The position numbers and the translations under genes were made by a program. From NCBI RefSeq assembly GCF_009914755.1, contig NC_060926.1: a DNA stretch of 64,000 bases. One strand, written 5' to 3'. Source of the DNA: the human T2T-CHM13v2.0 reference genome, Homo sapiens. Shown piece by piece: positions 1 through 11,690 of this stretch (within the stretch, counting starts at the first letter, position 1; every line of letters starts with the position of its first letter). The notes below the pieces were generated by a model that ran no database searches, was not told the DNA's origin, and saw only the letters and a list, made by a program, of their open reading frames with translations.

Positions 1-740
1 GTGAAATGAGGCAGAGATGGAAATGGTAGCACGATTGCAACTCATGATACTGATAGTGGAGTGTTCTAGAGAGTCCTTTCTTTTGGTAATTGTAAATGGA
101 AGTGACCAGAACTTGCCAACTGGCTGAAATAGATACAAAATATTCAGCTTTTCCAAATGTTTCTTTTTTCTATGTTTGGTCTTTATAAATGGAAGTATAC
201 CTAAAATATGCTAGAGAGCTTGGTCAAGGAATATGCTTTATAGAGTTTATCAGCTAAAAGGGATAGTATAAGAAATAATATGAACTAGTATATCATTTAA
301 GAATTGAACATATTTTGAGGGTTAGCATTGTCTGTTTTGGGGTGAGTGAATAACACTGTCACAGAGTGTACAATAAAACAAAACAGCAAGGAGTAAATGA
401 CTCATGGAATACATCCATGAAACAGAAACTGAATTTAGTAAGTACTAGATATTAGCATCTAGTGATTGATGTCACTAAGATTACATCAAATTCCTGTGTA
501 CTCTGCTCCTGGAGAATACAAGACAGGTGACAGATTTCTTAGGAAATGCTTTTCCTAATGCCTTTTTTTTTTCTTTTCATCAGACCTTTGTCTTTTTTCA
601 AGTATGAGTTTACTTTTTAGCCAGTGTTACAATATCTCTATTTGTAGGTAGACAGATGGGGGATAGGAAATGAGGAATGATGTCTGGCTCTTTAATTAAA
701 GACACAGAGCCAGAGTTTGCTCTTCAAGCTTGTTGGCAAG

Positions 741-781
741 GCACATACGCACACGTGCACATACACACACATACACACACA
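741..781. repeat. CA-rich microsatellite
   Basis: gcacatacgcacacgtgcacatacacacacatacacacaca. Confidence 0.8.
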
Positions 782-3129
782 AAGTGCATCTGATAGATGA
801 AGCCAAATTTGTAAAATTGTATCCACAATCATAGTTTCTATGGTAACTGTATCTTAGGCCCAGACACAAACAGAGCTGGCAGGAGATGTCTGATTTTATT
901 TTCTGCTAAGACAATCATAACAGAGACAGTTCAGGTTATTAAGATGCCATAGCCCAGTGTACATGCAGCTAGTACTTGGATGGTGCTACCATAAGATTTC
1001 ATGCTTAAATCCCAATAAATACTTTATAATTTCATAATTTGCAGGTTGCTTTTCTCTGTCATTCTGCTATAAAATCATCATGTGCCTGCACACAGTTACT
1101 ATATTAATGAGGTGTTAGTGGTCAACATAAATGTGGAAATGATGCAAGATAACTTTTATAAATGTGCACAGGTTAGAAGGGACTTCCAGGATGTCTGTTT
1201 TAACCCTGACATGTTGCAAGGAAGGAAAATGTAGGCACAGTGTGGTTAAAAGACTTATCCAAGAGTTACTTTTAAAATATTTTATTTGCTGTATTTTTTA
1301 AACTAGCAGATGTTCTAGACTAGTCTATAAGCTGAATACCCAGTTATTTCACAAAATTACTGAAATCAAATTGTGGAAAACAAACACTTCAGAAACAATA
1401 GTTTGAATGAGTGTGTGTTCTTTCGCCTCTCTGGATGGCATACTTGTAAATACGTAGCTCAGGCATATTATACCACATATTGCTGAAGATGAATAATTAA
1501 ACATCCTATTTTGATGAGTTTCATTTTGTTTAAATAGAGCATTTCCCTTAGTTCCCCTAGAAACATATAGCATTTTAGCAAAAGTCTTAATATTAGAAGA
1601 TGCTGAAAGCCAAGTTTATAACTTTTAGAAGTTTTTATTGTGTTGATTCCTTTAAACATCTTCCAGCCAAATCTGTAACTAGGTAAGAGCAATGGAATTA
1701 GAAGAAAGCTTTTGGAAATGTGGAACACTTCTCCAAAATATCTGTCATGATACCAACTTGAAATGAAAGGCACATTTCCTAAAATGGCATCTAAATTTTT
1801 ATACTTTGCATCTTAATCTTATGATGTGTCTGGCAGCATGAAACTCATTTTTTTGTAATGGATCTAAGTAAGACATATTTGTAAATGAGGATGTTATATA
1901 TAGGTGAATAAGCCGTATTGCAACTTTGCTTGGCCTCTCCATCACAGCAGCTTTTTAATTTCCTCAGGAAAATTGGCTTAGAGGACATAAATTACAAGAT
2001 TGGCAAAAATGTGTCCTAACCTATAGAAACTGGAAAACATGTTAATTTTGAATTGTTTCCGCTTTTCATCAGCAGACATTTGCAGAAAAATCTTGTGTAA
2101 TTTATTCTTTTATTTTCAATGAATTGTTAAAAAATGTTTGAAAAGGCATTATATCTTCTCCTCTGCCATTAATCTACAAATGGGGAATATTGGGAGGTTA
2201 AATGGCCTCTTTAGGATATTGCTTTATGAAACTGCTGATTCTAGCAATGCCAGGCTAGAAATACATACTAATTTAAGGAACCATGAATGTAAGCAGCAAG
2301 CTCTTTGCTTTTGTAAAGAAAAGACTAATAGCTTTATTTTAACAAGGCTCCTAACACCCCAGCCGGCAGCAGGCATTGAGTGAATGAAACTGGGAGAACT
2401 CCCATGGACTAAAAGCACCTTAATTCAACATTCCTTCCAAACACCAAGCCCTCCTGATAGGCTTGTCACAGGCTGTCATAATCCAGCCAAAGAGGGTCAC
2501 CACGTGCAAGGCGCACCAAGGTATGAGCGCTTTAAATTGTTTTGAATAAGCTCTCTGAAGTTTCACTTCCTGAGCTATATCAGTAAAGGAAAGATAAATA
2601 TGCCCCAAATCCAGGCGTAAGTTCTAACGTTACACTGTTGTGTAAAAGGCTAGATTTCTGTTATGGCTTAAGTCAAGATTGTTTCTGTCAGACTTATATT
2701 TAGGTCACTACATTAAAAAGAAAAAAAAAACCTGCATGATACCAAGTAAGATAAAGGGATTTAAAAAAAATTAATTGGATTGAAGCTGCTGACCTTATTT
2801 TTTTGTGATGAGGAAAATTACCTAATAAGGAGTTCTTCAAGCAGGAATATTTCTGAGCCTTGTTGAGCACAGAGAAAAATGAGAAGTGAGCTTATAAATG
2901 CCTGTGTCTCTTTTCTCTCCCTCACTCCCTCTTCAAGTCATCTTACTTCCTAAGGACTTAACCACAACTTCTTAAAATTGGCTTCCCTTTAGCAACCCTC
3001 TATCTGCAATTTCCTATCCTCTATTTGCAGCTCTTGTAAGAATATTTGTACCCAACACACTAATCTATATTGCCACCATTTCTAACCGAGTATTAAAAAT
3101 TGATCAAATTATAGGAGATTACATGAATT

Positions 3130-3296
3130 ATGATTTCTCCATATAATGGGATATTATATAGCCATTAAAAATCATGTTTTAAAATATATCCAATAGCATA
3201 CAAAATTGTCAATAATAAACAGATGAGAAAACAGCTCTATATGCCATTAAAATATGTATGTGTTTATAAATGTTAACAGAGGTCATTTTGGGGTGG
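3130..3296 (+). mobile_element. Old L1ME-type 3' fragment
   Basis: atataatgggatattatatagccattaaaaatcatg...aaatgttaacagaggtcattttggggtgg resembles the L1ME 3'UTR. Confidence 0.5.
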
Positions 3297-3589
3297 TTTT
3301 CCACAATAATCATTTAATGGAGAAAAAAATGATTAAATCTGTTTTTTTGGATAATGGAACAGAAATGTATCCCCACCATTTTCATTAACTAACATTGTAT
3401 CCCTGAGGGAGAGGACTTTTTCTCATCTCTATGTCTTATGGTACTTCACATGTTACTCTACCTAGGAGACACTAATACATGTTTACATATTTGAAAGTAT
3501 TAATCCCATTCCATAAGCATGACAGCATAAGACAGTACAATCAGTGTTTATTTATTAGAAAACTAGAAAGGTTTTCAGCACCAGAGAGT

Positions 3590-4930
3590 CTGGCTTTCTC
3601 TCCCCATCAATCCACCGAAATCACTCTCAATAAACCACCAATCACCATCTCATTGCCGATTCCAAACAATATTTTTGCAGACTTTATAGTGGTCTCTGTT
3701 CAGTTGTAGAGAGCAACATCCACTGTAGCTTAAGAAAGAATAAATTTATTATACCATAGTAATGAGCTTATAGAACCATAAGGGATGTTAAAGAAAAAAC
3801 TTCTTGGATAAGCTTTCAGGAATGATTTTTCCAAGCCACACTCCAGAACTGAGCTACTGGGGGAGCTGTTGCTATTTCTATGTAGGAAGTTTTAGACTGC
3901 AGAGCCACACAATGCTCATATCAGGAGCCACCATGATTAGGAAGATGCCACAATCAGAAAGCCACCTCTCCTGCCACCAATTCTAAGACCAACTATAAAA
4001 GTTACATTTCACTCCCCAAACTAGCAATGTTACAGCTGCTAAAGCTGCCACAGGAAAACCAAGCATACCTCTCATTTAGTCAGTCTTGCCATAATAAACA
4101 GCGGAAGTATGGCCACTGCCTCAATTCTATTTTCCAAATGTTATGGCCTAACTTAAATCATGCCAGTACATTGGCTGCAAGGGAATCCAGAGAAAGGTAG
4201 TTTTTAGCTTTCCAGGCTCTGGAATTGAAGGTGACACTCTACAAGAAGGGTGGATTGGGTGAAGTGCACTAACACACAGTCCCTGTCTTACTGAAGCTTT
4301 TCACTGTTTTGGCACTGTGGAACACTCCCTTCATGGAATTCTTTTCTTGGTTTCTACAATAAAACATTTTCCTGGTTTTCTTCTGAACCAACTACTTTTT
4401 CTCAGACTTCCTCCTGGGTTCAGTGTTTTTGGCCTGCCCTTTAAATGATGGTGTTCCTAAGAATAGTATTAGTGTTCCTCTCTCTTCTCATTTGTCTTTT
4501 CTTTTATTTGGTCCCTACAGACTCTTCCTGGGCATTCTTTTCCAAGCTTTCTGGTACCATCTGTATGCTGAACGTTTCCCAATACTACATCTCTAGTCCA
4601 GACTTCTCTAAGTTGCAAACCATTATACTCAACGATCAGACATCTCCATTGACATGTCTCAAGTCAGTTTAACATGTCTAGATATTCCCTCCTCCCACCT
4701 CTACTCCAAAATCTGTCCTTCATTTATTCCTGTTTTGGTGAGTATTACCAAAACCATGTAGTTGCTGAGCTCAGAAACTTGGGCATTATTCTAAATACCT
4801 CACTCCCTTTAATCCACAGTCAATCCTATTGCTCTTACCTCTTTGAAATCCTAATGACACTCTCTTGTCTTCATCCTTTGAAAAACCCTCAGGTTTATGC
4901 TCTTACAATCTCTGGCTCAGACCTTCGCTG
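3590..4930 (+). mobile_element. L2 LINE fragment interrupted by an LTR at about 3685-4285
   Basis: L2-like motifs on both sides of the LTR: accaatcaccatctcattgcc, ttttcctggttttcttc, catctctagtccagacttctc, gacatctccattgacatgtctc. Confidence 0.65.
3685..4285 (-). mobile_element. Old solo LTR (ERVL/MaLR MLT1-like)
   Basis: cttaagaaagaataaatttatt near the left end and ggctgcaagggaatccagagaaaggtagttttt near the right end; it interrupts the L2. Confidence 0.5.
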
Positions 4931-4949
4931 AACTCTCCAAGTTATGGTA

Positions 4950-6272
4950 AGAATAATCTTAAAAACTATAAATTCCCAGGAGATAAAATACAAGAAAATC
5001 TAGATGACCTAGGGTTTGATGGTGATTTTTTTGATATAAGACCAAAGGCATGATCTGTGAAAGATAAAATTAATACGTTGAACTTTATTAAAATTAAAAA
5101 ATGTTGCTCTGTGGAAGACACTGCCAAGAGAATGAGGAGAGAAGCTACAGATTGGGAGAAAAACGTTTGCAAAACACACATCTGATAATGAAGTATCCAA
5201 AATACAGAAAGAAATCTTAAAACTCAACAAGAAAACAACCTAAATAAAAAAATGGGCCAAAGACCTCAATGGATCCCTCACCAAAGAAGCAAAGAAGATA
5301 TACATATGGCAAATAAGACTGTGAAAAGATGTTCTACATCACATGTCATCAAGGAAATGGCAAAACAGCAATGAGATATGACTACACACCTATTAGAATG
5401 GCTACAATTGGGAACACTGACCACACCAAATGCTGACAAGGAAGTGGAACACGGGGAACTCTCATTCACCAGGAACTCTCATTTGTTGAATTCTGGTGGG
5501 AATTCAAAATGGTATCACTACTTTAGAAGACAATTTGGTGGTTTCTTGCGAAACTAAACATAGTCTCACCATATGATCCAGCAATCGCCTTCCTTAGTAT
5601 TTACCCAAAGGAGTTGAAAACTGACATCCACACAAAAACCTGCACATAAATGTTTACGTCTTTATTCATAATTGCCAAAATTTGGAGGCAACTAAGATGT
5701 ATTTTAGTAGGTGAATGACTAAATAAACTGTGCTACATCTGGACCCTGGAATATTACTTAGCCTTGGAAAGAAATGAGCTATCAAGCCATGAAAAAGCAT
5801 GGAGCAAACTTAAATGCATATGACCAAGTAAAAGAAGCCAATCTGAAAAGACTGCGTACTGTGTGATACCAACTATATGACACTCTGGAATTGACTATGA
5901 AAAGAGTAAAAAGATCATTGGTTACCAGGACCTGGGGGAAGGAGTGATGAATAGGCAGAGCACTTAAGATGTTTAGGGCCATGAAAATTCTCTGTATGGT
6001 ACAGAAATGATGAATACATGCCATTATACATTTGTCCAAACCCATAGAATGAGTAACACCTAGAGAGAGCCCTAATGTAAACTATGGGCTATGAGTGATT
6101 ATAATGTGTCAATGTAAGTTAATGAGTTGTAACAGTTGTAGCACACTGGTGGGCATGCGGGTAATGAAGGAGGTTATGCATGTGTAGGGGTGGGACTATA
6201 TGGAAATCTGTATGCCGCCTAAATTTTTTTGTGAACCTAAAACTGCTCTAAAAACTAGTTTCTTTTTAAAAA
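4950..6272 (+). mobile_element. L1MC1/2-like 3' fragment (end of ORF2 plus 3'UTR)
   Basis: gaaaatctagatgacctagggttt...tttgtccaaacccatagaat...gaacctaaaactgctctaaaaa; explains the ORFs at 4865-6045. Confidence 0.85.
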
Positions 6273-7047
6273 TTGCAGTGGTGGTGGTAACAGCAATAGC
6301 CACAGTAGGAGCAACAGTAGTATAGTTGCTAGTTAGTAGTATTCTTTTCTTCATACCTTGTTTCTACCTTTGCAAAATCTTCAAATTCCCTGAAGACACA
6401 GTGCTTTCGATATGCCTCCATGGTTTTTCACTTTTGTGCTCTTTACTTGAATGGCTTATCCTACTACTCCTACACCCTTCTGCCCCAGAAAAACTCCTCC
6501 TCATCCATATTCAGGTTTGAGATGACGCTTCAACACCCGTATGACGCTGTCTTCAACTCTCCCAGGTGGACTTTGGAATTTCTTCCTGCGGACTCCCACT
6601 GCCTCCTTCCTCAGACTTCCACAGTGATCTCATTGTACCACAATTGTTTGCAGGCCTGTTTCCATGAGGAGACCCGCTGGATTTCTTCATTGCTTTGAAT
6701 ACAGTGAATGACTGCATTAATGATGTTGCAGTATCAATGGAGAAACATACAAAGATATACACAATTAGTGAAGGACAGAATAATTTCTTATGTGCAAGCT
6801 TGCTGCCTATCTTTTGAAGACTGGCCCAAGTTCTGGTACTTCCATGAAGTTTTTCCTGACACCTCCAGGCCTCACCTGTGCTACTGCTGATAACATCCTG
6901 AATGGCACTTGAAAATACATTATCCTATTTCATTCTTTGGTTATTTCAGTTTGAATGCTGTTTTCCCAACAAGACAGAAAATCCCTTAAGAATAAGGATC
7001 ACCTTACATTTCATACAATCTTATATGCTGTTGGGTATATTTCATAG

Positions 7048-7250
7048 GTGTGTGTATGTATACTATATATAAATACATATATGTATATACATGCAAATAT
7101 ACAAATATATGCATATTTATATGTATATATGTATATTTTATGTATATTTGAATATTTTATATGTATATTTGTATGTATATATGTATATTTGTATGTATAT
7201 ATACATAATCATGTTATAAATACATATAATTATGTGTGTGTGTATATATA

Positions 7251-7308
<58 letters not shown>

Positions 7309-7310
7309 TA
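7048..7310. repeat. TA/TG-rich low-complexity tract ending in about (TA)13(CA)11
   Basis: Seen directly; source of the YI/CV/HT-rich ORFs. Confidence 0.95.
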
Positions 7311-8703
7311 ATCTGTTCCTCGAGGCACCAGAACAGTAACAGGCATGTGGTCTCCTCAAGGCAACAGAATACTGACTGCTATTATCATTATGCCAGGACA
7401 GTTCTGGATAACGGTGCTGAAACTATTAACTTGGAATTTTATAGCTACAAGAAAAAGTTCAGTTGGAATATCCAGAGCTATACTATGGATACATAAGCAT
7501 AGTGATTTTCCAACAATCACAATTAATAACCTTCAGCATAGTATTGATATTTGCAGGAATTCTCTTTCCATAAGAAATAGTTTAAAAACACAAGAAAGCA
7601 AACCTTAGGTAGGAATGGGTGAGGACAATGTTTCTGTCCTTCACTTCTTCCTTTTCTTTTTTTTTTTTTTATCCCCTGTCTGTCACCATCCTTGCCTCTG
7701 GTTTTGGTAGAAAGTTCAGAAATTTAAACCAAGGCTTTTATCCTACTGCAGAGAATTCTCAATCTCTCTGTCTGTGATTGCTTTAAAGATGTGAAGTCTT
7801 CGTCCCTACCTACGTAGTAGCTCACTGGACTCTTGCCCTCTCAGATAACCCCAGTGTCTCCTGTTCCACCTATTGATGAAATATAAAGAGGTTTTATAGG
7901 ACACACTCTAAAGGTCCTCCCACAATAATTAAACACCAAGAATAGTCTTTCTTAATCTAAGTGCAAGTGTATACTTGTTTTGCAACATCTCTCCCCATAT
8001 CCCCAACCCCATATACACAGTCTGCACAAGCTGGGATGGAATGGTAGTTTTATGGAGAGCCGGGACTTTTGGTAAGAAGAAAATAACTTCCAGGTGGTTG
8101 ATTACCGCCTAGAAAAATTTTCCCTACTGACCTTGACACTGTTAGTTCCTTCCTGTGCTTACTGGCAAAATCTCTTCCTTCCCACCTGATAGTCCAAGTT
8201 TTCTATTTACTCCTTCCATGCCCATGTGTGAGGGATATCCAAGAGCAAAAGGAAGCACATGAGTGGTCCATGTGATACCAAGTGTGTTGAGGTGAACAGG
8301 TGGGGAATCAATCAGTAATCAAGTACTTTTAAATACGTGTTACGTGTTCATCCTGTTTTTAGTTGGCATGATAGCTACAGAACAATGAGATACAATATCT
8401 TTTCATTAAGAAACCAACACACAGTATTAAAAACCTACTGGGGCCAGTCACTGCCCTTTAGGATTTCAGAGGCTGATGGAAAAGACTCCAAGAGAGGTAA
8501 ACACAGGACGTACAGAGGAAGGGACAAAAACAGTAAAGACCAACACTAGATAGAAAACAGTTCATCACTTATGGGTGGCCATTCGTAAGAGAGAGAACTG
8601 AGGTTCAGGGTGGTCGGGGGCGCATCATGGATGCTGTGGAGTAGACAGTTGATTGTCAGCAACCCTTGTTAGTAAAGAAAGGTTTTATAGAAAAGGTGCT
8701 TTT

Positions 8704-9019
8704 ATTTATTTGTTTATTTATTTATTTATTTTGAGACAAAGTCTCACTATGTCAGCCAAACTGGAGTGCAGTGGCGTGATGTGGGCTCACTGCAACCTCT
8801 GCCTCCCGGGTTCAAGTGATTCTCCTGCCTCAGCCTCCTGAGTAACTGGGACTACAGGCGTGCACCACCACACCCGGCTAATTTTTGTATTTTCAGCAGA
8901 GATGGGGTTTCACTATGTTGGCCAGTCTGGTCTCAGACTCCAGACCTCAGGCAATCCACCCGCCTCTTGACCTCCGAACAAAGTGCTGGGATTGCAGGCA
9001 TGAGCCACCGAACCCAGCC
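8704..9019 (-). mobile_element. AluS
   Basis: Dimeric Alu with (TTTA)n tail; TSD agaaaaggtgctttt (8689-8703) / agaaacggtgctttt (9020-9034). Confidence 0.95.
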
Positions 9020-9079
9020 AGAAACGGTGCTTTTAAAAATATGGTCTTTTCACAGCCAAGAAGAGCTATAATGGCGTGA

Positions 9080-9335
9080 AAACTAAATGTAACATACTGG
9101 ATGGGATCCAGGGACAGAAAAATAGCATTAGTTAAAAATCTAAATAAACTATAGACTTTAGTTAACAATAATGTATCAATATGGATTAATTGTAAGAAAT
9201 GTGCCATACTAACGTTAGCTAGCGATAAGAGGGAAACTGGGTACAGGATGTATGGGAAGTCTCTATACTACCTGTTCAATGTTTCTGTAAACCTAAAACT
9301 ATTCTAAAAACTAAAGTCGGTTTTAAAAAAAGAAG
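9080..9335 (+). mobile_element. L1MC3/4-like 3' end
   Basis: gggatccagggacagaaaaatagcattag...ctgtaaacctaaaactattctaaaaa followed by an A/GAA tail. Confidence 0.75.
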
Positions 9336-9604
9336 AAGAAGAAGAAGAAAATAGTCTAGCATCCTACAGAATATTCCTGGCATGGGGACATGAGGGAGTC
9401 AGTTTGACAGTGACCCTTTTTTGAAAGAAGTGACTTTGTTGTTAAATGCCATGTTTGTGGCTTGATCATCAATTCCTATAGCAATGTGGAGTTCTTGCTT
9501 GCTTTTCCATGGTTGATTTTTGGCAGGCAGTAACAGCATTTGTGCACTGATTATAATTTCGAGATGCATTGTCAGTAACCAAGGTGTATAATGGATCTTC
9601 ATCT

Positions 9605-9626
9605 CTAATTACTTTTCTCTCCACAG
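9605..9626 (+). promoter_or_regulatory. Branch point, polypyrimidine tract and 3' splice site
   Basis: ctaAt (yUnAy, A at 9608) followed by cttttctctccacag. Confidence 0.8.
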
Positions 9627-9706
9627 GTGCCTGGAAGGGGTCCAGATGGGAATGCACACAACCTCCGCTTTGAAGGGATGGAGAGGCAGTACGCATCCTT
9701 ACCCAG
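9627..9706 (+). CDS. PARD3B: Internal (penultimate) coding exon of PARD3B, par-3 family cell polarity regulator beta; 80 nt, phase 0 in, phase 2 out
   Basis: Acceptor cttttctctccacag|G and donor CAG|gtagat. The open frame reads VPGRGPDGNAHNLRFEGMERQYASLP(R), which matches my memory of the PARD3B C-terminal region. Too short for the ORF track. Confidence 0.92.
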
Positions 9707-9712
9707 GTAGAT
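9704..9712 (+). promoter_or_regulatory. 5' splice site with non-consensus +4 to +5
   Basis: CAG|gtagat versus consensus CAG|gtaagt. Confidence 0.8.
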
Positions 9713-10922
9713 CACGGAGAGGTCTCCCATCTCCAGCTCACCTACAAATGAAGTCTTTAGAGAAGTCTACATGAAATAGAAATTCTGGCTTTGAAATAGG
9801 GAATATGTTATAATTTTGCCTTGCTGCCGTCTGCTGTAGCCCTAGTTCCATCTTCACAAATGTGCTAATAATTGAAACACTTGTGGGTTATTTTTAAGGG
9901 GAGAAAATAGTATATCATTGCAATTGAACGTGTCAGCAAGAACATTGGATACTAAATGGAAATCCTAAGCCATTGCTATAAAACTGGTATCGAACATCCC
10001 GCACCAAGCTTAGAGACAATCAAATAGTAAATCCTCTGTCCTAGGAGTTACGCACGAGGAATGGCGGGCCAGTCTTAAGCTTGGAGTTTCATGTGGGTGT
10101 TAAGAAGCAGGAAAGAAATGTGAACTTAGGAAGGTGTTCTTTGCCTGATTTAGAATCTGACCTTGTTCTCAAGGCAATAAGCAAATATTGCTGAGAGGCA
10201 CAGACCCAACGGGGGAAAGAAACAACTGCATGGGAAAAGTTTGCTGGGCCACCCTGGCCTGACATGATCCACTCATACTGTAACTCAACACCCTTGAAAA
10301 TGAGATACAATTCTCAAAACTTGTGCTGTTATTGGTGAGATGAAGAGGAATTTTAGTTTGCTATCAGTAGCACATGACAAAGAAACAGCTTTTCCAAGAG
10401 TACATGCAGTCCAGCTACGATTGGAGTTAGGTGAGGTGAGAGTATGAGAATTAATGCATCCAAAAGAGAAACAAAGTAAGGTTAATGCCACGCAGAAAGT
10501 TGCAGTGTTTTCAAATATTGCCTTTTAAAGGGGTGGGGGAAAGACCCCAAGCAGAGTTTTTTTTATCAAAACTGAGCTGTTAAAGTGCCAACTCAGAAAT
10601 GGAGTGACTGTTTGACATTGTATGTTGACTGTACCTCTGTGTGATTTTACAAAACGAACACCCTGAACATTACAATGGGCAAAGCCAAAGTGACCATCTG
10701 CTTTTATAAATAGTATGTTATTTTCAAAAGTAATAAAATCTGAAATCTAGCAGAGAAGCTGTTTTGTCCTGATTAGGCAGGACACCCAAAATACAATATT
10801 TTAAAACTTTTATAAAGTTATATTTTATTTATCTTCCTGTTTTCTTTTCTTTAATAGATGTTGTCTAATAAGTTTTTCTTATTTGTGATTAGCTTCCTGT
10901 TTCTATTTTCCTTGGCTTAGTA

Positions 10923-11301
10923 CAACTGGCCCTCAGTATCTATGGGTTTCACATCCATGGATTCGATCAATCTCAGATCGAAAATATCCAAGAAAACAAA
11001 GACAGTCACAATGGTACTGATTATGTACAAACTTTTTTTCCATGTCATTATTCCCTAAACAGCACAGTATAACAACTATTTGCATAGTCTTTACATTGTA
11101 CTCAGTATTATAAGTAATCTAGGGATGATATAACGTGTATGGGAAGATGTGCATAGGTTATATACTAATACGATTCCATTTTATATCAAGGACTTGAGCA
11201 TCTGTGGATTCTGGTATCTGAGGTCGGGGGCTGGGGTGCGGGAGGTGCAGTCCTGGAACCATTCCCCCAAGGAATGGGGAATCATCCCCAAGGGACAGTT
11301 A
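10923..11301 (-). mobile_element. MER2 (TcMar-Tigger non-autonomous DNA transposon)
   Basis: ta|caactggccctcagtatctatggg...ttattccctaaac...ggacttgagcatctgtggatt...tcctggaacc matches the MER2 reverse strand. Confidence 0.85.
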
Positions 11302-11559
11302 CATTTTGTTTCATTTTAAAAATGGAGGCAGTTTCCAAAAATTTGTTTTACATATAAGATTTCCGGCTTTCACTGTTGAAGTATATGGAAATTGTGGTTA
11401 AGGCAGATGGAAAATAGAATGTTCTTATGAGAGGGAGTAAAAAAAGGAAAACTGGAAACAGTTTAAAATCTTCCTGACCAATCTGCACTCAGAGTGCAGA
11501 AATGGAGTGTTTGGGTACAATTCAGAGGCACAGAAATAGCATTTAAAATTCTATAAATT

Positions 11560-11690
11560 TCACTCATTCATTCATTCATTCACCTTGTATCTGGTGATCA
11601 CCTAGTATGTACCAGGCCCTGAGAATATGGAAACTGGAGGCACAGTCCCAGTCCATCCTCAGGACTCTACTGTTAGCAAAGGAGTCAAGC
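11560..11690 (-). mobile_element. L2 3' end
   Basis: (CATT)n tail then cacctagtatgtaccaggccctgag. Confidence 0.6.

Noticed and set aside
561-655. Long polypyrimidine tract plus CAG at 583 as an extra exon
   Set aside because: Weak donors and no PARD3B-like peptide; typical intronic pseudo-acceptor.
1316-1327. 12-bp palindrome tagactagtcta
   Set aside because: About 16 are expected by chance in 64 kb.
5455-5483. Duplicated ggaactctcatt within L1MC
   Set aside because: Ordinary short tandem duplication in a dead repeat.
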